From Bacteroidota bacterium (GTDB lineage: Bacteria > Bacteroidota > Bacteroidia > Flavobacteriales_D > Sanyastnellaceae), in NCBI GenBank assembly GCA_039798325.1, contig JBDKGG010000002.1:4640-68639 (forward strand): a stretch of 64,000 nucleotides of DNA, written 5' to 3'. Within the stretch, counting starts at the first letter, position 1, and each line of letters opens with the position of its first letter. The position numbers and the translations under genes are program-made. The notes below the pieces were generated by a model. That model did not search any database. It was not told the DNA's origin and saw only the letters and a program-made list of their open reading frames with translations. Positions 30,106 through 38,816 of the stretch are shown piece after piece.

Positions 30106-30747
30106 TTAAATAATCAATGCTAAGAGCACTATCCAAACTACGATATCAATGACACCAACGATAAGGCCGGCTATTGCCATTCCTTTACCTTTCCATCTTG
30201 AAGAGTCCTTGGCTATCTTTCCAAGACCAATCGCACTGAATATTATCCCCAATAATCCGAGAACGACCCCAAATATTAACAACCCTGCTAGACTGCAAAT
30301 AAACCCAGCTAAAGCCAAACCATTGGTTTTTTGATCATCTGGGGGTGACAAGATCACACTCGCGCCATTTTTAAATTCACTGCGAAAAGAATTGATGTCA
30401 TCTGATAGATTAGCAGATTTGTGTGAAGCAGATTCACTTCTATCAATATCCGTTGTAAAAATCTCATTGTTATCAATACTTGCCACTGCCATTGACTGAT
30501 CAACATTTTCCTCAACTTTTGTTTCGTTCTGAGCTACATCCTTTTTCTCATGAATCAATTCATTACTAGAAATATTCAATTCATCTGATGAAACGCTAGA
30601 TGTAGTTTTCAGGTTCTCCTTTTTTGACTTTCCACCAAACCAATCCACATAGTAGCCTTTGGAGTAAACACACTTTTGCATGGTGCAAGAAGAAAGGAAG
30701 GCGGACATCACAATGCCCAATAAAACGAGGTTTTTTGCTGTTTTCAT
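30106..30747 (-). CDS. DUF4190-like membrane protein with lipoprotein-type N-terminus
   Basis: The internal ATG at 30747 gives MKTAKNLVLLGIVMSAFLSSC. The C-terminus has paired TM helices (GLALAGFICSLAGLLIFGVVLGLLGIIFSAIGL...GLIVGVIDIVVWIVLLALII). Confidence 0.68.
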   Translation of the reverse strand: MKTAKNLVLLGIVMSAFLSSCTMQKCVYSKGYYVDWFGGKSKKENLKTTSSVSSDELNISSNELIHEKKDVAQNETKVEENVDQSMAVASIDNNEIFTTDIDRSESASHKSANLSDDINSFRSEFKNGASVILSPPDDQKTNGLALAGFICSLAGLLIFGVVLGLLGIIFSAIGLGKIAKDSSRWKGKGMAIAGLIVGVIDIVVWIVLLALII

Positions 30748-30799
30748 GTTATTTGGTTTAAAGATTTTCTTTGTCCTAAAAGCCAAATATATACAATAT

Positions 30800-30839
30800 T
30801 TTACACTTTACACATTTTTGAGTATGAACAAAGTGTAAA
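30800..30839. promoter_or_regulatory. 10-bp perfect inverted repeat TTTACACTTT-N20-AAAGTGTAAA in a divergent promoter region
   Basis: The arms are at 30800..30809 and 30830..30839. It lies between the divergent DUF4190 gene (start 30747) and the HTH gene (start 30893). Confidence 0.4.
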
Positions 30840-30892
30840 TTATTTCCACAGTTGTGTACTTATGGAAACAAAATATTTCGCTATTTTGACCT

Positions 30893-31216
30893 GTGAAAGT
30901 TCATGTCGGAAAACAGCTAGAAGACGCGGTGCGCGCATCAGAATGGAGCATTACCGCCCTAGCGCAAAAGCTCAAACTTTCCCGAAAAACCATTTACAAC
31001 TACTTTGAAAACCCTGACTTGGACGAGTTTATTGTAAAACGATTTGAGAACGTTTTACACGTCTATATACTCCCAATACAAAATGAAGGGAATCTGGGAA
31101 ATTCATCCGCTGCCAACCATTCAGAAAATCCAGCAGAACACTCCGCCCAGTTTTGGAAAAACAAATACCTGGAATTGCTGGAGAAATACTCGCAACTCTT
31201 GGAGAAAATGGCTTAA
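30893..31216 (+). CDS. helix-turn-helix (XRE-like) DNA-binding protein
   Basis: 107 aa with a GTG start. The HTH segment is WSITALAQKLKLSRKTIYNYF, and the tail is a coiled coil. Confidence 0.6.
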   Translation: MKVHVGKQLEDAVRASEWSITALAQKLKLSRKTIYNYFENPDLDEFIVKRFENVLHVYILPIQNEGNLGNSSAANHSENPAEHSAQFWKNKYLELLEKYSQLLEKMA

Positions 31217-33090
31217 TTCCTCAGGTTACGCGCCTGATGAACTGGAATTCGAATTCCATTTTGATAAGCCACCATAAAAGCATCTGGATATCCCCTCAGC
31301 CTGATTTGACCAAGCGCCAGCTGAGCCTCAGACTCGTTGACAAAACAACCAGCAATATACCGATTCAATTGCCCATCAACATTCTCGATACGTATTGGTC
31401 CAAATTCCCGGTAGAAATCGTTGGGCAATTCTTTCCTGAATGCTCCCACTTGAATACTAAAAACCACACCCTCAGGCATCACTACATTCTTTGGTATAGG
31501 ATTGCGTCGGCTATATTTAAAATCAGCGCTCATTTTAAAAATACTTTGATTTAGATTTTTGGGGAAATCCTCACCAGTCGTTTTCTCAACCATCTCCGTT
31601 GGCTGCTGATTAGATTTAATTGTCTCATCAAAAACTTCCAAGTTCGATGCCGGTGCTGCACTCAATTGATCCATTCTACGATAACATAACGCTGCGCGAT
31701 AAAGAGTAAGCAATTGCTTACGAAAAATCTGTAAATCCTTATCGCTTTGAATACTCATCTTCAACTCGCTTGGTAGGGTTTTCAAATACTCATTCGCTCT
31801 TATTTCCAGATTACGAATCAAAGTGTTTTTGTTGATATCACCATCTTGAGAATAATCCTTAGAAGACAATTTCACCAATATTGTTTGCATGACGTAAATC
31901 AACTGTTTGGCATTTTGTTTTTCCAATTGGGCAAGTTTCTCATCCAATGAATTGTAATCTTTAGCTGTGGAATTGTTACTAAAGTATACCGATAAAAATT
32001 CATTCTCAAAATAATACAATCTCTCAAAATCTACAAAATCAACGAGCCCTTGCATATCCAATCTTTTAATTAAACTGGCAATAGCAAAATCATGATAAAT
32101 GTATAAATCATCAGAAATATCCTGATCAACACCCGTCACCTTGGCTTCATCATTTTCATTTCCATTGATAACATTCGGCGCATTCTCTTCGCCAGGCTCT
32201 TCTTCCTTATTTGCCTTAATATCCACTTTCTTTTCTTCATTCGCCAGTGACACCCTACTTTGCCTTTGCTCTCCAACAACTATGACCTCATTGCTAGTTC
32301 GGTTATTCGACAACGATTCGCTGGCTTTGGAATCTAACTTCTCATTTGTCTTTAAGGAATCACTCGATAAAAATTCAATGTTGGATTCAGCAACCAATTC
32401 TGGCTTCACCAATATTGAATTTGTAAAATTCACATCATTGATTTCAATCTGATTCTGAATTGTATCCAATTTTTCCAATTGCTTTTGATTGGAAGAATCC
32501 ACAGATTGATTAATACCCAAAATCACTTCATCCTGCAACAAATTATCCTCCAACTTTTTCTCTACATCAACATCGACTGAATGGTTATCAATAACAGATA
32601 CATCAACTATTCTCTCAATTCTAAGATCTGAAAATTGTTGATTGTTCGTATAATCCTCACCCATTATCCACCTCAACTTTTGAATATCTAATTCAGAGAT
32701 ATACCCCATTTGATCAATAGAATCAGACCAAGGTTTCTGTCCACAATAGTTTCCTTGAAATCCTTGAATTTTTGAGCGATACCGGGTAAATAAAAATAGA
32801 ACCCGCTTCGATTGAATTTCAAAAATAGGAGAAACCAAAACATCCGTTTCAGGGGAAGAGAGTAGCGCGTTCCAATAAGCCTCTTCTCTCGATTCTTTTG
32901 GCGACTTTCTCCATTCGGAGTTTGACTGAATGATCTGTTTAAAGTCAATACATAAATTGGCTGATGTTGGAAATGTTTCGACGCTCCGATTGGCCATGTA
33001 TACTATTCTTCCTTGAGAAATCTTCGAGGTACATGCAGAAAGGAACCACACCCCAACGAGTATGGCCAATATGTTCCGAATCAGTCTCAA
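31213..33090 (-). CDS. lipoprotein with C-terminal SPOR-like peptidoglycan-binding domain
   Basis: 625 aa with lipobox VWFLSAC. The acidic/Asn-rich middle is low-complexity. The C-terminus VVFSIQVGAFRKELPNDFYREFG...YIAGCFVNESEAQLALGQIRLRGYPDAFMV fits the SPOR pattern. Confidence 0.62.
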   Translation of the reverse strand: MRLIRNILAILVGVWFLSACTSKISQGRIVYMANRSVETFPTSANLCIDFKQIIQSNSEWRKSPKESREEAYWNALLSSPETDVLVSPIFEIQSKRVLFLFTRYRSKIQGFQGNYCGQKPWSDSIDQMGYISELDIQKLRWIMGEDYTNNQQFSDLRIERIVDVSVIDNHSVDVDVEKKLEDNLLQDEVILGINQSVDSSNQKQLEKLDTIQNQIEINDVNFTNSILVKPELVAESNIEFLSSDSLKTNEKLDSKASESLSNNRTSNEVIVVGEQRQSRVSLANEEKKVDIKANKEEEPGEENAPNVINGNENDEAKVTGVDQDISDDLYIYHDFAIASLIKRLDMQGLVDFVDFERLYYFENEFLSVYFSNNSTAKDYNSLDEKLAQLEKQNAKQLIYVMQTILVKLSSKDYSQDGDINKNTLIRNLEIRANEYLKTLPSELKMSIQSDKDLQIFRKQLLTLYRAALCYRRMDQLSAAPASNLEVFDETIKSNQQPTEMVEKTTGEDFPKNLNQSIFKMSADFKYSRRNPIPKNVVMPEGVVFSIQVGAFRKELPNDFYREFGPIRIENVDGQLNRYIAGCFVNESEAQLALGQIRLRGYPDAFMVAYQNGIRIPVHQARNLRN

Positions 33091-33093
33091 GGA

Positions 33094-33597
33094 CTATTTT
33101 TTAAAGAATCCTAGAATGCCCTTACGGACCTTTGGAGCGCTGCCGAATTCGCCTGACGAAGGCGCACTACCAGCCATAACTAAATTATATTTCTCGATAT
33201 TCTCTTTATCAAGTGTTCCCAAATCATTGATAAAAGTTACCTTACTTCTAGGATTTTCATACATTCCGGCAAATCCATATACTGTAGCTTGACTTCGACG
33301 GAAAAAAAACAAAAATCTTGGTTTTGATTCCACTTTATAAATTGGGTCTACTAAAACATCAATGTTATTTTCAGTGATTGCTTTTAAATAGGCATCTCCT
33401 TTTGCCTCGGAGGTAGTCTTCATCCATGACGAATAAGAAGTCACTTTTTTAGAAAAGTCAATTCTCAAATCAGCAACCATGGGAACTGTTTGAATATTGG
33501 AATTACCAACCTCAACCCTTCTTGAGGTGAATTGAAATGTTCCACAAGCTCCAAACATGATGGAGGCAAGAACAAAGAAAAGAATAGATTTTTTCAT
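33094..33597 (-). CDS. lipoprotein, paralogous to the N-terminal domain of 31213..33090
   Basis: 167 aa with lipobox IMFGAC. The segment VPMVADLRIDFSKKV...AKGDAYLKAI...IDVLVDPIYKVESKPRFLFFFRRSQATVYGFAGMY aligns with FPTSANLCIDFKQII...SREEAYWNAL...TDVLVSPIFEIQSKRVLFLFTRYRSKIQGFQGNY. Confidence 0.6.
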   Translation of the reverse strand: MKKSILFFVLASIMFGACGTFQFTSRRVEVGNSNIQTVPMVADLRIDFSKKVTSYSSWMKTTSEAKGDAYLKAITENNIDVLVDPIYKVESKPRFLFFFRRSQATVYGFAGMYENPRSKVTFINDLGTLDKENIEKYNLVMAGSAPSSGEFGSAPKVRKGILGFFKK

Positions 33598-33647
33598 TAT
33601 CCGTATATTTTCACGAATATAAGAAAAACATCTTATGTATATACAAA

Positions 33648-34307
33648 TTATACCGCTCTTTCCTCCTCCTTTCCCAGCAACCTGCGCTGAAAAAGCAACA
33701 AGACTACTATTCCGACACTAATGGCAGAGTCAGCGATGTTGAAAATGGGAGGGAACAATGGCTTGACCTCGCCACCTATGCCCGGAACCCATTCAGGAAA
33801 ATGAATGTACTTGGTCACATGGATCATGTCCACCACATTGCCCATTAACCAAGGTGCATAACCGTCACTGCTCCACTGGGCGATGTCATGGTAAGGAACA
33901 AAATCCTCATAGGCCTCATCATACACCGACCCCTTATCAAATACAACTCCGTAGAAAACGCTGTCCAAGATGTTGCCCAAAGCTCCCGCCAAAATCAAAG
34001 CCATGCAGGCTACCAATCCTACCTTGGCCTTTTGCTTAATCAGTTGTATCAAATACCACATAATTCCAAAGAAAACCAAGATGCGAAACACAGTCAAGAT
34101 CAATTTTCCGCTCTGACCTGGCAACATCCAGCCAAAAGCCATTCCTGGATTCTCAACAAACTGTATGTGCAACCAATTGGGTATTACCTCAACGGCTTCA
34201 CCGTAATGAAAGGTTGTTTTTATATACAACTTCACCCATTGATCCAACAAGATCACGATCCCAAAAATACCGATTGCCCACCAAGCTCTTTTGTCCCAAC
34301 TCCTCAT
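33648..34307 (-). CDS. lspA: lipoprotein signal peptidase II
   Basis: 219 aa, multi-TM, with the motifs GALGNILD and FNIADSAI. Confidence 0.9.
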   Translation of the reverse strand: MRSWDKRAWWAIGIFGIVILLDQWVKLYIKTTFHYGEAVEVIPNWLHIQFVENPGMAFGWMLPGQSGKLILTVFRILVFFGIMWYLIQLIKQKAKVGLVACMALILAGALGNILDSVFYGVVFDKGSVYDEAYEDFVPYHDIAQWSSDGYAPWLMGNVVDMIHVTKYIHFPEWVPGIGGEVKPLFPPIFNIADSAISVGIVVLLLFQRRLLGKEEERAV

Positions 34308-34316
34308 GGCTGGACC

Positions 34317-35342
34317 TTATTGCATGTTCTTGGCCTCGATGCTCAATGTAGCGTGAGGAACCAATCTCAATCGCTCCTTGGGAATCAATTTACCGGTTAC
34401 TCGGCAAATGCCATAGGTTTTATTCTTGATGCGCAACAAAGCATTTTCCAAAGATTGGATAAACTTTTCCTGACGCGCAGCCAACTGTGCCACCTCCTCT
34501 CTGCTGGTGGTATCTGTACCATCTTCCATCATTTTGAAGGTAGGTGATGTATCGTCTGTACTGTTGTCGCCCTCATGGGACAAACTTTGCTTCAACTCAT
34601 CCAAGTCCGCCTTGGCTTGTACCAATTTCTCACGAATCAAACCCTCAAATTCTTTCAAATCGGCATCAGAATAACGCTGAGAAACGATATTGGCATTCTC
34701 TGCCACTTTGGGAGCCTCTACCTTGACATTGGGAGAAACAACAGGTTTACTTTTAATCGGTGCTTTCACATTCTTCACTGGCTCCGGCTTCTTGACCTCA
34801 GGTTTTTTAACCACTGCCTTTTTTACTTCCACCTTTTTGGGAGCGGCCGCCTTCACCACAGGGGCTGGTTTTGGTGCTGCCTTTTTGACAACAGGCTTGG
34901 CTATGGGTTTGGCTACCACCTTCTTGGCTGCAGGCTTAGCTGCTTTTTTGGCCACTGGCTTAACCACTGGCTTACTTACCGCTTTCTTGGCCACGGGTTT
35001 TACAACTTTCTTGGGCGCTGCCTTAGGAGCCGATTTCTTGGGTGCTGGCTTGGCCACTTTCTTTGGCGCAGCTTTGGCCACAACCTTCTTGGCTGCAGGC
35101 TTAGCTACTGGCTTGGCCACTTTCTTAACGACTGGCTTGGTAGCTGCTTTTTTTGCTACTGGCTTCACTGCTTTCTTAGGAGCGGGCTTCGCCACTTTTT
35201 TGGGCGCAGCCTTGGCCACAACCTTCTTGGCAGCAGGCTTCGCCACTTTTTTGGGCGCTGGTTTTACAACCTTCTTTGCTACTGGTTTTGCTGCCTTCTT
35301 CGCCACTGGCTTAGCAGCCTTTTTTACAACTTTCTTCGCCAT
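34317..35342 (-). CDS. DksA/TraR family regulator with long Lys/Ala/Pro-rich (histone H1-like) N-terminal extension
   Basis: The C-terminal roughly 125 aa resemble DksA/TraR (coiled coil, then KTYGICRVTGKLIPKERLRLVPHATL). The first roughly 215 aa are KKAAKPVAKK-type repeats. An ATG at 35342 directly follows a GTG at 35345. Confidence 0.8.
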   Translation of the reverse strand: MAKKVVKKAAKPVAKKAAKPVAKKVVKPAPKKVAKPAAKKVVAKAAPKKVAKPAPKKAVKPVAKKAATKPVVKKVAKPVAKPAAKKVVAKAAPKKVAKPAPKKSAPKAAPKKVVKPVAKKAVSKPVVKPVAKKAAKPAAKKVVAKPIAKPVVKKAAPKPAPVVKAAAPKKVEVKKAVVKKPEVKKPEPVKNVKAPIKSKPVVSPNVKVEAPKVAENANIVSQRYSDADLKEFEGLIREKLVQAKADLDELKQSLSHEGDNSTDDTSPTFKMMEDGTDTTSREEVAQLAARQEKFIQSLENALLRIKNKTYGICRVTGKLIPKERLRLVPHATLSIEAKNMQ

Positions 35343-35345
35343 CAC

Positions 35346-38300
35346 TTAAGATTTTTGAATGTGAATGTTCAATGTTAGGTTTTCATCCCACTCCACTTGC
35401 ACTCCCTCTTTCAAGTCGTTGACAAATGTTATTTCATCCGCTAAAACTTGATTGCGAATATATTGGGAATTTTTTTCAATTGCATCATTCCAAATTGAAT
35501 TTGCGGTTAAGCTTACCCGAATTCGATCTGTGACCTGCAATTGTGATTCTTTTCTAATGTTCTGTATCCGGTTCACCACCTCACGTGCAATCCCCTCGTC
35601 CTTGAGGGTTTCGGTAATGGTTACATCCAACGCAACGGTCAAATTGCCTTGATTGACCACCTTCCAACCTGGAATATCCACAGGAATAATTTCTACATCC
35701 TCGATAATCAATTCCATCTCGCCAATGGTCGTGGGAACCAACGTTACTCCTTTTTTCTCAATGTCCTCAATCATTTGCTGGCCATTTTGCTCAGCAAACA
35801 ACTGCACTTCCTTCATGGCTTTCCCACATTTTCTTCCCAAGGTTTTGAAATTCAATTTCAAGTTCTTGACAAACTTGGACTCCCCTTCATCGACAAAGAC
35901 CAAATCTTTGACATTGACCTCAGACAAAATCAAATCTTGCACGTGCTTGATTTTCTCCGCCATCTCTGCATGAATGACGGGAATCTTGACCGATTGAAGC
36001 GGTTGTCGTACTCGGATGTTCTCTTTTTTTCGGATAGACAATACCATGGAAGATATGCGCTGGGCCAATTCCATGTTCTCTTCCAAATCGGCGTGAATGT
36101 GAGCTACCTGGGCCTCCGGCCATTGGGACAGGTGAACTGAGTCTTTTTCTTTGCCCAATGTCAATTGCAAATACAACCAATCTGCAAAGAAGGGCGCAAA
36201 GGGTGATATCATTTTGCTCACCGCTGTCATGCATTCGTGCAAGGTTAAGTAGGCCGACAATTTATCACCGGACATCTCTCCATGCCAGAATCTTTTGCGG
36301 CTCAATCGGACGTACCAATTGGACAAATGCACATCGACAAACTCATCAATTGCACGGGCCGCAGGTGTAGGATCAAAGTCAGACAAATGCTTGTCCACGA
36401 ACTGAATCAAAGAATTCAATCTGGAAATGATCCATCGGTCCAACTCAGGGCGATCGGCCACTGGGATGGTATCGTACTTGTATTCAAAGCCATCAATATT
36501 GGCATAGATGGCAAAAAACTGATAGGTATTCAGAAGAGTCCCAAACAATTTGCGTTGGGTCTCCACAATACCCTCTTCATCAAATTTCAAATTGTCCCAT
36601 GGCTGGGCATTGGTCAGCATGTACCAACGTGTCGCATCTGGACCATATTTCGATAGGGTAATGAATGGATCCACTGCATTGCCCAATCGCTTGGACATCT
36701 TATTGCCGTTTTTATCCAAAACCAATCCGTTCGAAACCACGTTTTTGTAGGCAACTGAATCAAAGCAGGCCGTTGCAATGGCGTGCAGGGTATAAAACCA
36801 ACCGCGGGTTTGATCGACGCCTTCTGCAATAAAATCTGCTGGAAAGGCTTTGCGCTCATCGACCAATGCCTTATTCTCAAATGGATAATGCAGCTGGGCA
36901 TAGGGCATCGAACCACTGTCAAACCAAACATCTATCAAATCGCTCTCGCGCTTCATGGGTTGTCCGGTGGAGCTAACCAATACCCATTGATCAACATACG
37001 GCTTGTGCAAATCGAAAGTATCGTAATTCTCCTTGGTGTTGTCACCGGGGGCATAATTGGCCAAAGGATTTTCAGCCATCACGCCAGCGGCAACCGCCTT
37101 GTTCAATTCCTCTTTCAATTGGGCCACAGAGGAAATACAGATGCTTTCTTTTCCATCCTCTGTTCGCCAAATGGGAAGCGGAATTCCCCAGAATCGCGAG
37201 CGAGACAAGTTCCAATCATTGGCACTTTCTAACCAATTCCCAAAACGACCTGAACCTGTAGCCTCTGGACGCCAGTGAATGGTTTTGTTCAACTCCACCA
37301 TGCGGTCACGGATCTCAGGAACCTTGATGAACCAAGAATCCATGGGATAATACAATACAGGTTTGTCCGTGCGCCAGCAATGGGGATAGTTGTGGGCGTA
37401 TTTTTCTTTCTTGAATAATTTCCCTTCCGTCTGCAACTTCAACACAATGCGCTCATCCACACTCAAGTATTTCAACTTGCTGGTATCGGCAATTACACTG
37501 CTCAACTTCTCTTGCTGAATGCTCAATTCATCGGCCTTTTCAGTAACTGCGTAGTAGTCTTCTTTGACAAATTCCTCACCATACAAAAACACACCATCTT
37601 GCACTTCAGGGACAAAACGGCCTCTGCGATCAACCAAGGTCAGGGCAACAATGCCATTCTGCTTGGCCACCCTGAAGTCATCCGCACCAAAAGAGGGAGC
37701 AATGTGCACGATTCCAGTTCCATCTTCGGTAGTAACAAAATCGCCAATGATCACCTCAAAAGCCTTTCCTTCTGGGGTTACAAAGGGCAACAATTGGTGG
37801 TATGATTGACCCGCCAACTCTTTCCCCTTGACTGTTTTTAATACAACATAAGGAAGCGTTTTATCACCGGGTTTAAAATCTTCGAAAGCCAAAGCGGCTC
37901 CTGCCTCAGAGAAGTATTTTCCCATGAGGTTTTGGGCCAAAATCACTATCTGAGGTTGTGCATTGAATGGATTGCAGGTTTTGACAACACAATAATCAAT
38001 ATCAGCACCAACCGCCAAGGCTGTGTTCGAGGGCAAGGTCCAAGGAGTTGTCGTCCATGCCAAAAAATACAAGGGCAATCCAGCGCGAACATCGGCCATA
38101 AATCCATCGTCCTTGACTTGAAACTGAGCCACCGCTGAAGTGTCTTTTACTTCCTTATAACAACCGGGTTGATTCAGCTCATGCGAGCTCAAACCCGTTC
38201 CCGCAGCAGGGCTATATGGTTGAATGGTGAACCCTTTGTACAACAAATTCTTTTGATAAAATTGTCCCAAAAGCCACCAAACAGTTTCAATGTATTTGTT

Positions 38301-38762
38301 GTCGTAGGTGATGTACGGATCCTGCATGTCGACCCAATAACCCATTTCGCGGGTTAGGGACTCCCAGAGGTCGGTGTACTTCATCACCTCTTTGCGACAA
38401 GCCTTGTTGTAGTCTTCTACCGTAATCTTGGTACCAATGTCTTCTTTTTTGATTCCGAGGGTCTTTTCCACTGCCAATTCGATGGGCAATCCATGGGTGT
38501 CCCAACCGGCTTTGCGTTGCACTCTTTTTCCTTTGAGGGTTTGGTAACGACAAAATACGTCTTTGATGGCACGGGCCATCACGTGGTGAATACCAGGAAT
38601 ACCGTTGGCTGAGGGAGGTCCTTCAAAGAATACAAATGAATTGGATGGATCTTTCTCCTCCACACTTCTGCGGAATACATCCTTCTCGTCCCACTGCGCA
38701 ACAATTTCCTTTGCGATGGACGGCAAGTTGATCCCTTTGACTTCACGGTATAGGTTTCCCAT
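35346..38762 (-). CDS. ileS: isoleucine--tRNA ligase
   Basis: 1138 aa with the HIGH-type motif (PSANGIPGIHHV) and KMSKR. Confidence 0.97.
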   Translation of the reverse strand: MGNLYREVKGINLPSIAKEIVAQWDEKDVFRRSVEEKDPSNSFVFFEGPPSANGIPGIHHVMARAIKDVFCRYQTLKGKRVQRKAGWDTHGLPIELAVEKTLGIKKEDIGTKITVEDYNKACRKEVMKYTDLWESLTREMGYWVDMQDPYITYDNKYIETVWWLLGQFYQKNLLYKGFTIQPYSPAAGTGLSSHELNQPGCYKEVKDTSAVAQFQVKDDGFMADVRAGLPLYFLAWTTTPWTLPSNTALAVGADIDYCVVKTCNPFNAQPQIVILAQNLMGKYFSEAGAALAFEDFKPGDKTLPYVVLKTVKGKELAGQSYHQLLPFVTPEGKAFEVIIGDFVTTEDGTGIVHIAPSFGADDFRVAKQNGIVALTLVDRRGRFVPEVQDGVFLYGEEFVKEDYYAVTEKADELSIQQEKLSSVIADTSKLKYLSVDERIVLKLQTEGKLFKKEKYAHNYPHCWRTDKPVLYYPMDSWFIKVPEIRDRMVELNKTIHWRPEATGSGRFGNWLESANDWNLSRSRFWGIPLPIWRTEDGKESICISSVAQLKEELNKAVAAGVMAENPLANYAPGDNTKENYDTFDLHKPYVDQWVLVSSTGQPMKRESDLIDVWFDSGSMPYAQLHYPFENKALVDERKAFPADFIAEGVDQTRGWFYTLHAIATACFDSVAYKNVVSNGLVLDKNGNKMSKRLGNAVDPFITLSKYGPDATRWYMLTNAQPWDNLKFDEEGIVETQRKLFGTLLNTYQFFAIYANIDGFEYKYDTIPVADRPELDRWIISRLNSLIQFVDKHLSDFDPTPAARAIDEFVDVHLSNWYVRLSRKRFWHGEMSGDKLSAYLTLHECMTAVSKMISPFAPFFADWLYLQLTLGKEKDSVHLSQWPEAQVAHIHADLEENMELAQRISSMVLSIRKKENIRVRQPLQSVKIPVIHAEMAEKIKHVQDLILSEVNVKDLVFVDEGESKFVKNLKLNFKTLGRKCGKAMKEVQLFAEQNGQQMIEDIEKKGVTLVPTTIGEMELIIEDVEIIPVDIPGWKVVNQGNLTVALDVTITETLKDEGIAREVVNRIQNIRKESQLQVTDRIRVSLTANSIWNDAIEKNSQYIRNQVLADEITFVNDLKEGVQVEWDENLTLNIHIQKS

Positions 38763-38816
38763 TTTAGGCTAGATTCTGTAAACCCGCGAAGATAACAAAG
38801 GAAAGGCAACTGGCCC

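Noticed and set aside
34575-35378. Long plus-strand ORFs (34575..35378 at 267 aa and 34690..35349 at 219 aa) with Gly/Leu/Phe-rich repeats, and the possibility that the tandem DNA repeats form a non-coding or CRISPR-like array.
   Set aside because: - They are antisense read-throughs of the Lys/Ala/Pro-rich coding repeats of the DksA-like gene.
- The minus-strand frame continues seamlessly into a recognisable DksA/TraR domain and fits the conserved ileS-dksA-lspA order.
- The repeats are imperfect and have no spacers.
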